Shown here piece by piece: positions 31,910-41,196 of a stretch of DNA of 64,000 bases (position 1 is the stretch's first letter; each line of letters opens with the position of its first letter). This stretch comes from Rhodospirillaceae bacterium TMED23 (lineage in GTDB: Bacteria > Pseudomonadota > Alphaproteobacteria > Rhodospirillales > UBA2165): positions 60,288-124,287 of the forward strand of contig NHCC01000019.1 in the NCBI GenBank assembly GCA_002168115.1, written 5' to 3'. A program made the position numbers and the translations under genes. The notes beneath the pieces were generated by a model, which searched no databases, was not told the origin of the DNA, and saw only the letters and a list, made by a program, of their open reading frames with translations.

Positions 31910-32800
31910 ATGTCTCTAAAATTAGGAATTGTTGGACTTGGAATTATGGGAGGATCTTTTGCAAAAAACTTGCGAAATGATAATTTTAACGTTTGCGGCT
32001 TTGATATTATAAATGAAAATATAGATCGGTTGGTCTCAATGGGAGGCTCACCTGCCACATCTCCAAAAGATGTAGCCGACAAATCTGACGTAATCATCAC
32101 TTCTTTACCTAGTATCGCTGCTTTCCAATCAGTAATGATGGGCAAAGATAGTATTAAAGAGGCAAACAAAGATGGTCTCATCGTTATTGAATGCTCAACA
32201 TTACCAATCAAAGAAAAACAGTCAGCTCACAATGAATTAGCTGATAAAGGAACAATCTTGCTGGATTGTCCGATAAGTGGAACGGGTGCTCAGGCGACAA
32301 ATAAAGATTTGTCAATTTATGTCAGTGGGGATCAGAAAGCTTCAGAGAAATGCCATGATATTTTTAATGGTTTTGCCAACTTAAACTTTTATGTCGGCAA
32401 ATTTGGAAATGGAAGTAAAATGAAGTTTGTAGCCAATCACTTGGTGCATATTCATAACGTAGCTTCAGCAGAGGCGATGGTTTTAGGTATGAAAGCTGGC
32501 CTTGATCCAAAAACTATATTTAATGTCATAAAAGCAGGCGCTGGAAACTCCCGCATATTTGAATTAAGAGCTCCGATGATGGTAGAAGATAGTTATGATG
32601 AAGCCACAATGAAAATGGACGTTTGGCAAAAAGATATGAAGGTTATTGGCGAGTTTGCCGCAGAGTTAAGATGTCCCGTGCCATTATTTACCGCAGGGAC
32701 AGACATTTATCGGTCTGGTTTAGCAAAAGATATGGATAAACTTGATACAGCTTCTGTTTGCCGCGTTCTAGAACAAATGGCTGGACTGAAAAGGAAGTAA
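31910..32800 (+). CDS. NAD(P)-dependent oxidoreductase, 3-hydroxyisobutyrate dehydrogenase family
   Basis: 296 aa with a Rossmann start (LGIVGLGIMGGSFAKNL) and a 6PGDH-type NAD-binding/HIBADH pattern (GNGSKMKFVANHL). Confidence 0.85.
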   Translation: MSLKLGIVGLGIMGGSFAKNLRNDNFNVCGFDIINENIDRLVSMGGSPATSPKDVADKSDVIITSLPSIAAFQSVMMGKDSIKEANKDGLIVIECSTLPIKEKQSAHNELADKGTILLDCPISGTGAQATNKDLSIYVSGDQKASEKCHDIFNGFANLNFYVGKFGNGSKMKFVANHLVHIHNVASAEAMVLGMKAGLDPKTIFNVIKAGAGNSRIFELRAPMMVEDSYDEATMKMDVWQKDMKVIGEFAAELRCPVPLFTAGTDIYRSGLAKDMDKLDTASVCRVLEQMAGLKRK

Positions 32801-32801
32801 A

Positions 32802-33674
32802 ATGGACTCACCAAGAGATAGGTTGCACTATTCTGCAATAGTTGATCGACCAAAGTTAGAGCTTCCCAATAATGCCAGAATGGTTGTCTGGACTATTATG
32901 AATGTTGAGCATTGGGATAGTTTAAAAGCCCAACCCAGAACAATACTCCCACCACCAATGGGGCAGCCATTGCTTCCAGATGTACCAAATTGGTCGTGGC
33001 ATGAGTATGGTAATCGCGTCGGTTTCTGGCGCCTCAACGATATGTTTAAAAATTACAATATAACACCGACCCTCGCTATGAATGGCATTATTCTGGAGAC
33101 GTATCCCAGGATAGCAGAAGTCGCTTTAGAGGGAAATTGGGAGTTTATGGGTCACGGTTATATTCAAGGTCCTATGCATTCTCTCGAAAGCCAATTTGAG
33201 CATATAAAAAGTACAGTTGAAGCAATTACAGATTTTACGGGTGAGCCGCCCGTTGGTTGGGAAAGTCCTGGCCTCACTGAGACTATGGAAACGCTTGATT
33301 TGCTATCCAAATGTGGAATTGAATACGTTGCCGACTGGCCATTGGACGATCAACCTGTCGAATTAACAACTTCAACCAACAAAAAGATGGTTTCGGTGCC
33401 TTACCCCGTGGAGACAAATGATATTACGATCATGGCGTTACAACAACATTCCTCTAAAGAGTTTGCACTGCGATGCATAGATCATTTCGATCGCTTATAT
33501 GAAGAAAGTGGAGATATAACCCGTTTTATGGGAATAAGTATGCACACCTATATTTCAGGTGTGCCTCACCGTTCTAAATATGTTGAGGAAGTTTTCGAAC
33601 ATATTGCAAACAAACCCGATGTTTTAATCTGGACAGGAAAGCAAATTAATGATTGGTTCCGAGCCCAAATTTAA
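32802..33674 (+). CDS. polysaccharide deacetylase family protein, PuuE-allantoinase-like
   Basis: 290 aa with NVEHWD, EYGNRVGFWRL and GHGY, as in PuuE-like cyclic-amide hydrolases. It starts 1 nt after the upstream stop. Confidence 0.7.
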   Translation: MDSPRDRLHYSAIVDRPKLELPNNARMVVWTIMNVEHWDSLKAQPRTILPPPMGQPLLPDVPNWSWHEYGNRVGFWRLNDMFKNYNITPTLAMNGIILETYPRIAEVALEGNWEFMGHGYIQGPMHSLESQFEHIKSTVEAITDFTGEPPVGWESPGLTETMETLDLLSKCGIEYVADWPLDDQPVELTTSTNKKMVSVPYPVETNDITIMALQQHSSKEFALRCIDHFDRLYEESGDITRFMGISMHTYISGVPHRSKYVEEVFEHIANKPDVLIWTGKQINDWFRAQI

Positions 33675-33878
33675 TTAAAGTTTCATTATTAAACACCATA
33701 ATTTTAGAAAAATACTGCGCGCTGGCCGGAATTTATAGCGAAAGAAAATTAAATATTTTAAATATTACAAAACAGATCAAGTGGATCTAGAAATAGTCTA
33801 AAAAAATAAATGTGGCTTAGATAACCTTTACCAAAGTCCAATAATAATTCTATTAATTATATTTTTTGTGAGATTTAT

Positions 33879-34184
33879 ATGCAGAATTAAGTCAATCTAG
33901 TATTTCTCGAAATAGATTCAGGTATAAGAGAAGAGCTATTACAAAAGTTGTGGGCTAATGCACGTTCGATCCGAAAAGAGACTGGCTGTTTCCAATTTGA
34001 AGTCTCAATATCTAATGATAATCCCAATGAATATATTCTTTATGAGGTTTATAAAAATTTAAAAGCACTGGAGTTTCATAGGACACAAACTTATTTCATT
34101 GAATATCTAAATACCGTTAAAAAAATGGGTAATAAGGTAACTAGAACATTCAAAAGTTACACTATCTTGGACAGCCCAAATTAA
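33879..34184 (+). pseudogene. antibiotic-biosynthesis-monooxygenase (ABM) domain gene with in-frame TAA at codon 4
   Basis: ATG CAG AAT TAA GTC AAT CTA GTA TTT CTC GAA... translates to MQN*VNLVFLEIDSGIREELLQKLWANARSIRKETGCFQFEVS...YEVYKNLKALEFHRTQTYF. The ABM first strand lies upstream of the only downstream start, the TTG at 33948 used by the ORF track. Confidence 0.5.
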
Positions 34185-34211
34185 TGCAGTAAAGTGATAC
34201 AAAATAAGGAC

Positions 34212-35108
34212 TTATTCTTCATTAGATTCTCTATCAATTCCAGCGGAAATTTCTATCGCCTTGCACACAGCGGAAGTATCGAGATGTTGCAATCCCTTTG
34301 CCATGGCAGAACTAAATTTTTGCTGAGAAATACAATAAAGTTCAATAGGTGCCTTAACCTTTGCAGCAAATTTTGTAATAATCTGAGAGTCTTTCTCAAG
34401 AATTTCGAACATTGTACCCCCACCCTCACGGTAATCATTCTCAGCCATCATCTTACCCCGAACTTCAAGCATTTTTGAATTACCGGCACTTTCCTCTAAG
34501 GCTTTATGCACCAATTCCGGGTCTAAACCAGCTTTTTGTCCAAGCGTGATGCATTCTGCGGCAGCAACGGTATGCACATGAACTAAATAATTAGCTAAAA
34601 TTTTCATCCTACTCCCATCGCCAATACCCCCCACATAAAATTTAGTTGCAACAAAACCATCAAAAATCTCAACACACTCATCATATGCCTCCCGATCGCC
34701 TCCAATATGAATTGAAGCCTGACCCTTAGCCAACATTTGAGGCGTCGCACTTATTGGGGCATCCAGCATTACCTTATTTGCTAGTTGTAACGATTTGGCG
34801 CATGCCATCTTTTGTTCAACTTCAAGAGTTGAGCATTCGATTATAATCTGATTATTTTTTTGAGATTTTACTAACTCATCTATTACGTTAGTAAGCGACT
34901 GAAATGACGGCAAGGATGTTATTATTACATCAGCCTCATCAGCTAAATCAAGAACACTAAAAGCCAATTCCATACCAATCTTTTCGAGTTCGAGCATTCG
35001 TTCTGAATTAATATCAAATCCTATAACATCGAACTTTGTTTCTAATAAAAGGCGTGCAATATGGCCACCCATGGGACCCAATCCAATGTTTCCAACTTTA
35101 ATAGTCAT
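34212..35108 (-). CDS. NAD(P)-dependent oxidoreductase, 3-hydroxyisobutyrate dehydrogenase family (paralog of 31910..32800)
   Basis: 298 aa with VGNIGLGPMGGHIARLL, DVIITSLPS and GDGSRMKILANYL. It is alignable along its full length with the 31910 gene. Confidence 0.85.
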   Translation of the reverse strand: MTIKVGNIGLGPMGGHIARLLLETKFDVIGFDINSERMLELEKIGMELAFSVLDLADEADVIITSLPSFQSLTNVIDELVKSQKNNQIIIECSTLEVEQKMACAKSLQLANKVMLDAPISATPQMLAKGQASIHIGGDREAYDECVEIFDGFVATKFYVGGIGDGSRMKILANYLVHVHTVAAAECITLGQKAGLDPELVHKALEESAGNSKMLEVRGKMMAENDYREGGGTMFEILEKDSQIITKFAAKVKAPIELYCISQQKFSSAMAKGLQHLDTSAVCKAIEISAGIDRESNEE

Positions 35109-35173
35109 CAGTATTCTCTTAATTTAATTATATAAAAAATCCTCTTCCATCAGAGAGTATAAACGAAATTAAA

Positions 35174-36127
35174 CTATTCAACCAATGAGAAGAGATGGTC
35201 CCCGAGAGTTCTACGGTAAAGATACACTAGAGGCTTTACCGCTGTTTTAAAGCCTTCTAGTTCCTTTGGGCTAAGGGTGGTTACAATATTGTCACAATCA
35301 TCAAGTAATTTCAGTATTTGCTCATCCTCAGCCTCAGCAAAACTTCTTTGTTTCTGAGTAGCGACTTTCACAGATTCTCCCATAGCCATTTTTATTTCTG
35401 AAGACCAGCCACCATATATGCTCTCGTTCACCATAAGAAGAGCTGTTCCAAAGAAATGACCCGTCAACGTAATATAACGATGATATTTATAAGTACCAAA
35501 ATTATAAGTATTGGTTAGGGGATTCTCTTGAGCATCAATCTCTCCAGATTTAACCTGAGCTACCAAATCGGCGACATCTATATATACTGGCTCAAAACCC
35601 AGCAAGCTAAAAAACTCTTTATGAATCTCAGAATTCATCGAACGGATTTTTAATTTTTCACAATCAAGTGGACTTCTTATCTCCCTTACACGGTTCGAGA
35701 GGTGCCTCAATCCATTATCCCAAAAAGCCAAAATACGGACGCCCATTTCATTAAGAAATTTCTCCTCGAATAATTTGCCAAGTTCTCCATCCAGAGCTTG
35801 GTAAAACTTTTGACGACTACCAATAACAAAGGGCATATCAAAAATCGCTACCTCAGGAACTCTATCAGCCAAATAACTTGAGGCAAAATAACACATTGAT
35901 AAGTTTCCACTCTCAACTAATTTAGGCAAGTCAAATGCTTTAATCCCGGAAGATAAAGTCATATTTCCATCAATCTGAAAATTTACATCGTCACCCACTC
36001 TATCAGTTAGCTCTATTTTAAGAATTTCTGCAGCTCGATTATGCACTGATGATGCTGGCTGATAGCCGCCAAGTTTTATATCCACAATTCCAGATTTACT
36101 TCTTGCCATAATTTGCTTCAGCTCCAT
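35174..36127 (-). CDS. DctP-family TRAP solute-binding-protein homolog lacking a signal peptide
   Basis: 317 aa with a DctP pattern (IKLGGYQPASSVHNRAAEILK, FDMPFV, AFWDNGLRHLSN, DAQENPL). The N-terminus MELKQIMARSKSGIVD is polar and has no hydrophobic h-region. Confidence 0.7.
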   Translation of the reverse strand: MELKQIMARSKSGIVDIKLGGYQPASSVHNRAAEILKIELTDRVGDDVNFQIDGNMTLSSGIKAFDLPKLVESGNLSMCYFASSYLADRVPEVAIFDMPFVIGSRQKFYQALDGELGKLFEEKFLNEMGVRILAFWDNGLRHLSNRVREIRSPLDCEKLKIRSMNSEIHKEFFSLLGFEPVYIDVADLVAQVKSGEIDAQENPLTNTYNFGTYKYHRYITLTGHFFGTALLMVNESIYGGWSSEIKMAMGESVKVATQKQRSFAEAEDEQILKLLDDCDNIVTTLSPKELEGFKTAVKPLVYLYRRTLGDHLFSLVE

Positions 36128-36163
36128 AATTTTTCTAATTTAACACATATATGCCAATTAAAC

Positions 36164-36667
36164 TCAATCAACATCCGTAAAGTGTAATTTATGTTTATAC
36201 TTAGAAACGAAATAACGTTTATCAGGCGTCCACCAACATTTATTTAAATCAGGTTTAATCTCAGAAAAATTTAAACCGTGACTGACACTGTAGGTTTGCG
36301 AGCAACCAAACCAAGTCACGTCAAATTTGTTATCGTAAAATTTAATAGCGCCAAATTCCTTGCGTTCCGCCATTAACCCCTTTTTAGAATTGATGAAACA
36401 TTGCCCCAATCGGTTTTGCCGACATTTAGTCTCTTTACTGTTCAAAACTTTTACATGGTATAAAATTCCATTATTCAATTGAAAACCGTCGTCGTCCAAC
36501 ATCAAGCATGAGTCATCTGGGGGAATTTGGCTATGCGCAAATTCACACAAAAACCAGGTACCAAAACTCCCCGATGTTTTGTTAAACTTTGCCCAACCTG
36601 AGCAGTTTATTGCGACACTAATCACAAACGAAGTAAAAATTACTGGAATTAAACACAAAATATGCAT
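36164..36667 (-). CDS. secreted Cys-rich hypothetical protein
   Basis: 167 aa with an N-terminal signal-like helix (MHILCLIPVIFTSFVISVAINC) and 8 Cys in total. I recognise no family. It is first in a minus-strand string with the two genes downstream. Confidence 0.5.
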   Translation of the reverse strand: MHILCLIPVIFTSFVISVAINCSGWAKFNKTSGSFGTWFLCEFAHSQIPPDDSCLMLDDDGFQLNNGILYHVKVLNSKETKCRQNRLGQCFINSKKGLMAERKEFGAIKFYDNKFDVTWFGCSQTYSVSHGLNFSEIKPDLNKCWWTPDKRYFVSKYKHKLHFTDVD

Positions 36668-36853
36668 CTTTCAAATTTATAGTAATTTCCGAATAATATC
36701 TAGATAAAGAAGGATTTGGACTTTAAATTAATAAAATCAATATTACCTTTTACCAACTCCACTTAATCATTTCTGATTGAAGCATTGCGCTCTTTAGAAG
36801 TATTTATTAAGTTTCACATAAATTTGACTTATAATCTAACAATAGGAAAAGAA

Positions 36854-37486
36854 ATGATTGATTTATACTCATGGTTTACACCAAATGGTCGCAAGGTATC
36901 TATTATGTTGGAGGAGACAGGTCTTCAATATCAGGTCCATCCAATCGCAATCAATAAAGGTGAACAAAATGACCCTGAATTTCTGAAGATTGGTCCTAAC
37001 AATAAAATACCAGTAATAGTCGACCAATCAAATGGTCTATCAATCATGGAGTCGGCGGCAATACTCCAATATCTTGCAAAGAAGGCCAATAAGTTTATGC
37101 CGACCGAAGGCAATGATTATTGGAAAATGCAAGAATGGTTAATGTTTCAAATGGCAAGTGTTGGCCCTATGATGGGGCAGGTTCATACGTTTGTTCATTA
37201 TCAAGAGGGTAAAAATGTGGAGGCATCTGAACGTTATGTAAATGAAACAAAAAGAATTTATGGCGTAATGAACAAACAACTATCTCAACGAGAGTATTTC
37301 TTAGATTGGGGATACTCCATTGTAGATATAGCTATTTTTCCATGGGTCGGCAGATTTGATTGGCAAACAATTAATTTAAATGACTACGAGCATGTAAAAC
37401 GCTGGTATCTTCAAATCAAAGAGAGACCGGCGGTTATCAAAGGTTGGAACATCCCAGAGAATGATCAGCCAATGCCGATGCCATAA
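36854..37486 (+). CDS. glutathione S-transferase (YghU/YfcG-like)
   Basis: MIDLYSWFTPNGRKVSIMLEE...NPEFLKIGPNNKIPVIVD...ESAAILQYLA. The ATG at 36854 is preceded by AGGAAAAG. The ORF-track start at 36785 adds 23 implausible residues. Confidence 0.85.
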   Translation: MIDLYSWFTPNGRKVSIMLEETGLQYQVHPIAINKGEQNDPEFLKIGPNNKIPVIVDQSNGLSIMESAAILQYLAKKANKFMPTEGNDYWKMQEWLMFQMASVGPMMGQVHTFVHYQEGKNVEASERYVNETKRIYGVMNKQLSQREYFLDWGYSIVDIAIFPWVGRFDWQTINLNDYEHVKRWYLQIKERPAVIKGWNIPENDQPMPMP

Positions 37487-37519
37487 GTAAAAGATTTAAA
37501 CATTGAAAGGAAAATTATT

Positions 37520-37828
37520 ATGCCAGCGTACTGGGTTGCTCGATCAAAAATAAACACACCTGAAAATTATTCAAAGTACACAGCACTTGTAGGCGATATC
37601 GTACAGAAATATGGCGGAAAAGCACTTTCAAGAGGTGGAAAATATAAAATTATGGAAGGGCCAGAATATTTTGAGCGCTTTGTTGTTATTGAATTTCCAA
37701 CTTTTGAGGCAGCAGTATCTTGCTTTGAATCAGAAGAATATCAAAAAGCAGCTGTTCATCGCAGAGATGGTTCAGGCGAGGTTGAAACTGTAATTCTTGA
37801 CGCTACTTCCGGTATGGGTGAAAACTAA
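37520..37828 (+). CDS. DUF1330 domain protein
   Basis: 102 aa. MPAYWVARSKINTPENYSKY...YGGKALSRGG...FERFVVIEFPTFEAAVSCFESEEYQ is the DUF1330 pattern. Confidence 0.85.
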   Translation: MPAYWVARSKINTPENYSKYTALVGDIVQKYGGKALSRGGKYKIMEGPEYFERFVVIEFPTFEAAVSCFESEEYQKAAVHRRDGSGEVETVILDATSGMGEN

Positions 37829-37897
37829 ATAAGATTCTTGATATTTAGATAGAAATCTAAGTAGACTCCAAATATTTGAGTATTTGTCATTTATAAG

Positions 37898-37911
37898 TGA
37901 TCAATTGATCA
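37898..37911. promoter_or_regulatory. candidate operator, perfect palindrome TGATCAATTGATCA abutting a TATAAT box upstream of the TRAP operon
   Basis: Read directly in tataagTGATCAATTGATCAtTATAATta, 62 nt upstream of the dctQ start. TATAAT is at 37913-37918. Confidence 0.45.
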
Positions 37912-37972
37912 TTATAATTATTGATGTTATACCTAGAAAAAAATTATAAAAAAGAGAGGTTAGGGGTTAAGT

Positions 37973-38494
37973 ATGAACAATACGAATCCTGTTGGAGAGA
38001 CAAAAGTCGAGGTTATTTGCAAATCGTTTTCATCAGGCTTAAACGTTGTTTCAGCTTTCTGGCTATTTTCAATAGCAGGACTAATTCTTTATGATGTATT
38101 AGGAAGAGAAGTTTTTGGAGAGCCTTTTCATGGAACAAATGAAATAGTTTCTAACTCAGTTCTTTCAATTTTAATGCTTCAATTGCCTCTAACTATTATA
38201 AATCGCAGCTCTCTGAGAACAACAATAATTTATGGAAAATTAAGCCCGAGGGGTAAAGGTATCGTAGAAGCGATATCCTATGGGTTAGCGGCAATGATTT
38301 TTCTGGGTATAGCTTATGGTAGCTGGGAAAATATGATTGAGTCATGGGACATCCTTGAACTCGAAGGTTCGGGTGTCGTTGAAATCCCAGTTTACCCCAT
38401 CAGAACGCTTGTCGTCCTTATCGGAATTATTGGTGGAGCAGTATGCTCACTGATGGTTTACAATAGTTTATCTAAAAGTGAACAATTTGAATGA
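37973..38494 (+). CDS. dctQ: TRAP transporter small permease subunit
   Basis: 173 aa with 4 hydrophobic helices, immediately upstream of dctM. Confidence 0.75.
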   Translation: MNNTNPVGETKVEVICKSFSSGLNVVSAFWLFSIAGLILYDVLGREVFGEPFHGTNEIVSNSVLSILMLQLPLTIINRSSLRTTIIYGKLSPRGKGIVEAISYGLAAMIFLGIAYGSWENMIESWDILELEGSGVVEIPVYPIRTLVVLIGIIGGAVCSLMVYNSLSKSEQFE

Positions 38495-38581
38495 TTAAGA
38501 ATTTTATCAAAAAATCGGAATTCTGAAACAGGGAGAGTATTGAAGAACATCAGTTATTTTCTTTAGTACAAAATAAAAAAT

Positions 38582-39919
38582 ATGGAATTTGATCAAACAA
38601 CAATCTTAATAGGTATGTTCGCAATTATGCTGGTAGGTATTCTTACAGGTATACACATTGCCTTCGCATTTGCGATGACAGCACTAATTGGTAACGTACT
38701 AATTTTTGGAGATGGTGACCTCCAAGATGGTTTTGATATTGCAATGAGCGGCTTAGGAAGCGTGGCCTATGAATACCTGAGGAGTGAGGTTTTTGCGGCA
38801 ATTCCTCTTTTTATGTTGTTAGGTGACTTTGTTAATAAATCGGGTTCAGCGCGCGATTTATATAAACTCATAAACTATACTATGAAATTTATTCCTGGGC
38901 GTTTAGCTGTTGCGACTGTAGCGGGGAATGCAGTTTTTGCCGCCGTAACTGGAGTAAGCATAGCGGCGGCGGCGGCCTTTAGTCGTATTGCTTACCCTCA
39001 AATGCGATACCATCAATACAACCGTCAATTTGCTCTTGGGTCTGTAGCAGGTAGTGCCTGTCTCGGAATGATAATTCCACCCAGCGTTTTGTTAATTGTT
39101 TGGGGAATTATTGCTGAGAAATCAATATCCCAATTGTTTATAGCAGGTGCAATTCCAGGGTTGATTCTCGCGTCATTTTTTATGGTTTATATTGCTGTTT
39201 CAGCAACCATTAATCCAAAGTTAGCGCCAAAGTTTGATGAAACTGCAGAACAAAGTCAGTTAACGCGAGCAGAATTTGTGAGCGGAATAGGTATTGGACT
39301 TCTAATTTTACTAGTTTTAGGAGGTATTTGGGGAGGTTTATTTACACCTTCTGAAGCTGGAGGAGTTGGCGCAGCTGGTGCCATGCTATTAGGAATCTTG
39401 AAGGGTATGAGGACTAAACAATTGGCAATGGCAGTCGTTGACTCTGGTAAGTCCGCGGCCCCAGTTATGTTCTTACTTCTTACTGCAAACATGTATGCGA
39501 AATTCATGGAAGCTGCCGGAATGTCTGAGCTTATTCGTGATACATTTGAGCATTTTAGTCTTGGCCCAACGGGAATAATAATCGTTATAATATTAATTTG
39601 GTTAGCGTTGGGCATGATTTTAGACTCAATCTCCATAATCTTAATTACCGTGCCTATTTTTGCTCCCTTGACGGAGGGTTTTTTTGACCCAATTGCTTTT
39701 GCTCTTTTTGGTATTTTGTGTATTGAGGCTGGCTTATTAACGCCACCTTTTGGCCTTTTAGTTTATACAGTAAAGGGCTCAATTGACGACGTTCATGCGA
39801 CACTTGCTGAAATCTTCAAAGGATCAGTTCCTTATTGGATTTTAATGTTGATTGTAATGTTAATGATCTGGAAATATCCGATGATTGCCACTTGGCTACC
39901 TAATTTAGTGCTGAATTAA
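38582..39919 (+). CDS. dctM: TRAP transporter large permease subunit
   Basis: 445 aa, about 12 TM, with DctM patterns (AIPLFMLLGDF, GIIPPSVLLIVWG, EAGLLTPPFGL). Confidence 0.9.
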   Translation: MEFDQTTILIGMFAIMLVGILTGIHIAFAFAMTALIGNVLIFGDGDLQDGFDIAMSGLGSVAYEYLRSEVFAAIPLFMLLGDFVNKSGSARDLYKLINYTMKFIPGRLAVATVAGNAVFAAVTGVSIAAAAAFSRIAYPQMRYHQYNRQFALGSVAGSACLGMIIPPSVLLIVWGIIAEKSISQLFIAGAIPGLILASFFMVYIAVSATINPKLAPKFDETAEQSQLTRAEFVSGIGIGLLILLVLGGIWGGLFTPSEAGGVGAAGAMLLGILKGMRTKQLAMAVVDSGKSAAPVMFLLLTANMYAKFMEAAGMSELIRDTFEHFSLGPTGIIIVIILIWLALGMILDSISIILITVPIFAPLTEGFFDPIAFALFGILCIEAGLLTPPFGLLVYTVKGSIDDVHATLAEIFKGSVPYWILMLIVMLMIWKYPMIATWLPNLVLN

Positions 39920-39989
39920 ATTGAATTCAGTAAACTTTTATATTTAAATTAAAAGGACCAAAAAATTACACTAACTGGGAGACTACAAT

Positions 39990-41078
39990 ATGGTTAAATT
40001 TATAAGTAAAATGAGTATCCTCGGAGCTCTGGCTTTGATGACTATTACTCAATCAGCAGAAGCAGCAAAAATTAAAGGGAATGAAATTACCCTACGAGTT
40101 GGTTCAGGACACCCACCTTTTATTACATATGTAAAAGAAGTTTCGAAATATTTCATACCAAATGTTAAAAAAAGAGTGGCCGCCGAGACAAAATATAAAA
40201 TTAATTTCAAAGAACACTATGCGGGAACCGTCGTCAATGTATTTGATACCTTAGAAGGAACACAAGATGGACGCCTTGATATAGGAGCTTGGTGCGTTTG
40301 CTTTGATGACGATAAAGCGATGGCGATGAACCTCACCTATTATGTTCCTTTTCATGAACCCAATGCGAGTAAAAACCAAAAGATTTTCTGGGAACTAGCC
40401 AAAAAACATCCCGGATTATTTCAAGATTATGAGAAACGTTATAAACAAAAGCTATTAGCTGTTACGGGTTTCAACAACTATGGAATGTTATCAAAATTTG
40501 ACTGGAAAACATTTGAGGATATTAAAGGTAAAAAAATACTTGCCGCCGGTCCAAATTTACCATGGGTTAAAGGCGGAATTCCAGTAAGAACAACTATTCC
40601 TAAGGCGGCACAACAAATGCAAACGGGTGTAGGTGAAGCAATAATTTTATTTCCAGATACAGATTATAAACTAAAGCTTCATGAAGCAGCGAAAGGTGGA
40701 TTTTACACGGTAATGGATCTCGGAGCTGTTGTGCAAATTTCCCTTACTATGAATTTAAAATCAAGAAAAAAACTGCCTCCTGAGGTAAATAAAATAATTG
40801 ATGAAGAGGCAATAAAGTATGGCGTTCATTCAGCCGCCGCATCTCAGAAAGATCATCAATGGGGCCTTGATAAATTAGCAGCAGCGGGTATTACCGTTCG
40901 TAATATGGATCCTCAAGCTAAAATTGATTGGGCAAAAAAACTAGCTGATTGGCCTAACGAGCGTGCTCAAACCGTTCAAAAAAAGAAAAAGGTTAACATG
41001 GGACAGTTTATGAGAGACTATATAAAGATGGTTGAAGCTGGAGGACATAAGTTCCCAATAAACTATAATATCAAATAA
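39990..41078 (+). CDS. dctP: TRAP transporter periplasmic solute-binding protein
   Basis: 362 aa with a signal peptide (MSILGALALMTITQSAEAA). It is the last gene of the Q-M-P string and is followed by a strong terminator. Confidence 0.75.
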   Translation: MVKFISKMSILGALALMTITQSAEAAKIKGNEITLRVGSGHPPFITYVKEVSKYFIPNVKKRVAAETKYKINFKEHYAGTVVNVFDTLEGTQDGRLDIGAWCVCFDDDKAMAMNLTYYVPFHEPNASKNQKIFWELAKKHPGLFQDYEKRYKQKLLAVTGFNNYGMLSKFDWKTFEDIKGKKILAAGPNLPWVKGGIPVRTTIPKAAQQMQTGVGEAIILFPDTDYKLKLHEAAKGGFYTVMDLGAVVQISLTMNLKSRKKLPPEVNKIIDEEAIKYGVHSAAASQKDHQWGLDKLAAAGITVRNMDPQAKIDWAKKLADWPNERAQTVQKKKKVNMGQFMRDYIKMVEAGGHKFPINYNIK

Positions 41079-41097
41079 AAAACTTTTCAGCTTTTTT

Positions 41098-41132
41098 AGA
41101 GGGGAGTATATAAAAACGCTCCCCTTTTTTTT
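41098..41132 (+). terminator. rho-independent terminator after the TRAP operon
   Basis: Stem GGGGAG (41101-41106) pairs with CTCCCC (41119-41124) and extends by A-T/G-T pairs. The loop is 12 nt and the hairpin is followed by T8 (41125-41132). Confidence 0.75.
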
Positions 41133-41196
41133 ATTTTAGTTTCGTATAGATTTATGATTTAACCTAATATTATTAGATTATATTGGAATCGAAGAA

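Noticed and set aside
36785-36853. Upstream TTG start extending the GST by 23 aa
   Set aside because: The extension (MRSLEVFIKFHINLTYNLTIGKE) has no counterpart in GSTs. The ATG at 36854 has a good RBS and gives the canonical GST N-terminus.
39256-39636. 126-aa minus-strand ORF inside dctM
   Set aside because: It is antisense to a confidently identified 12-TM permease gene. It is a frame artefact.
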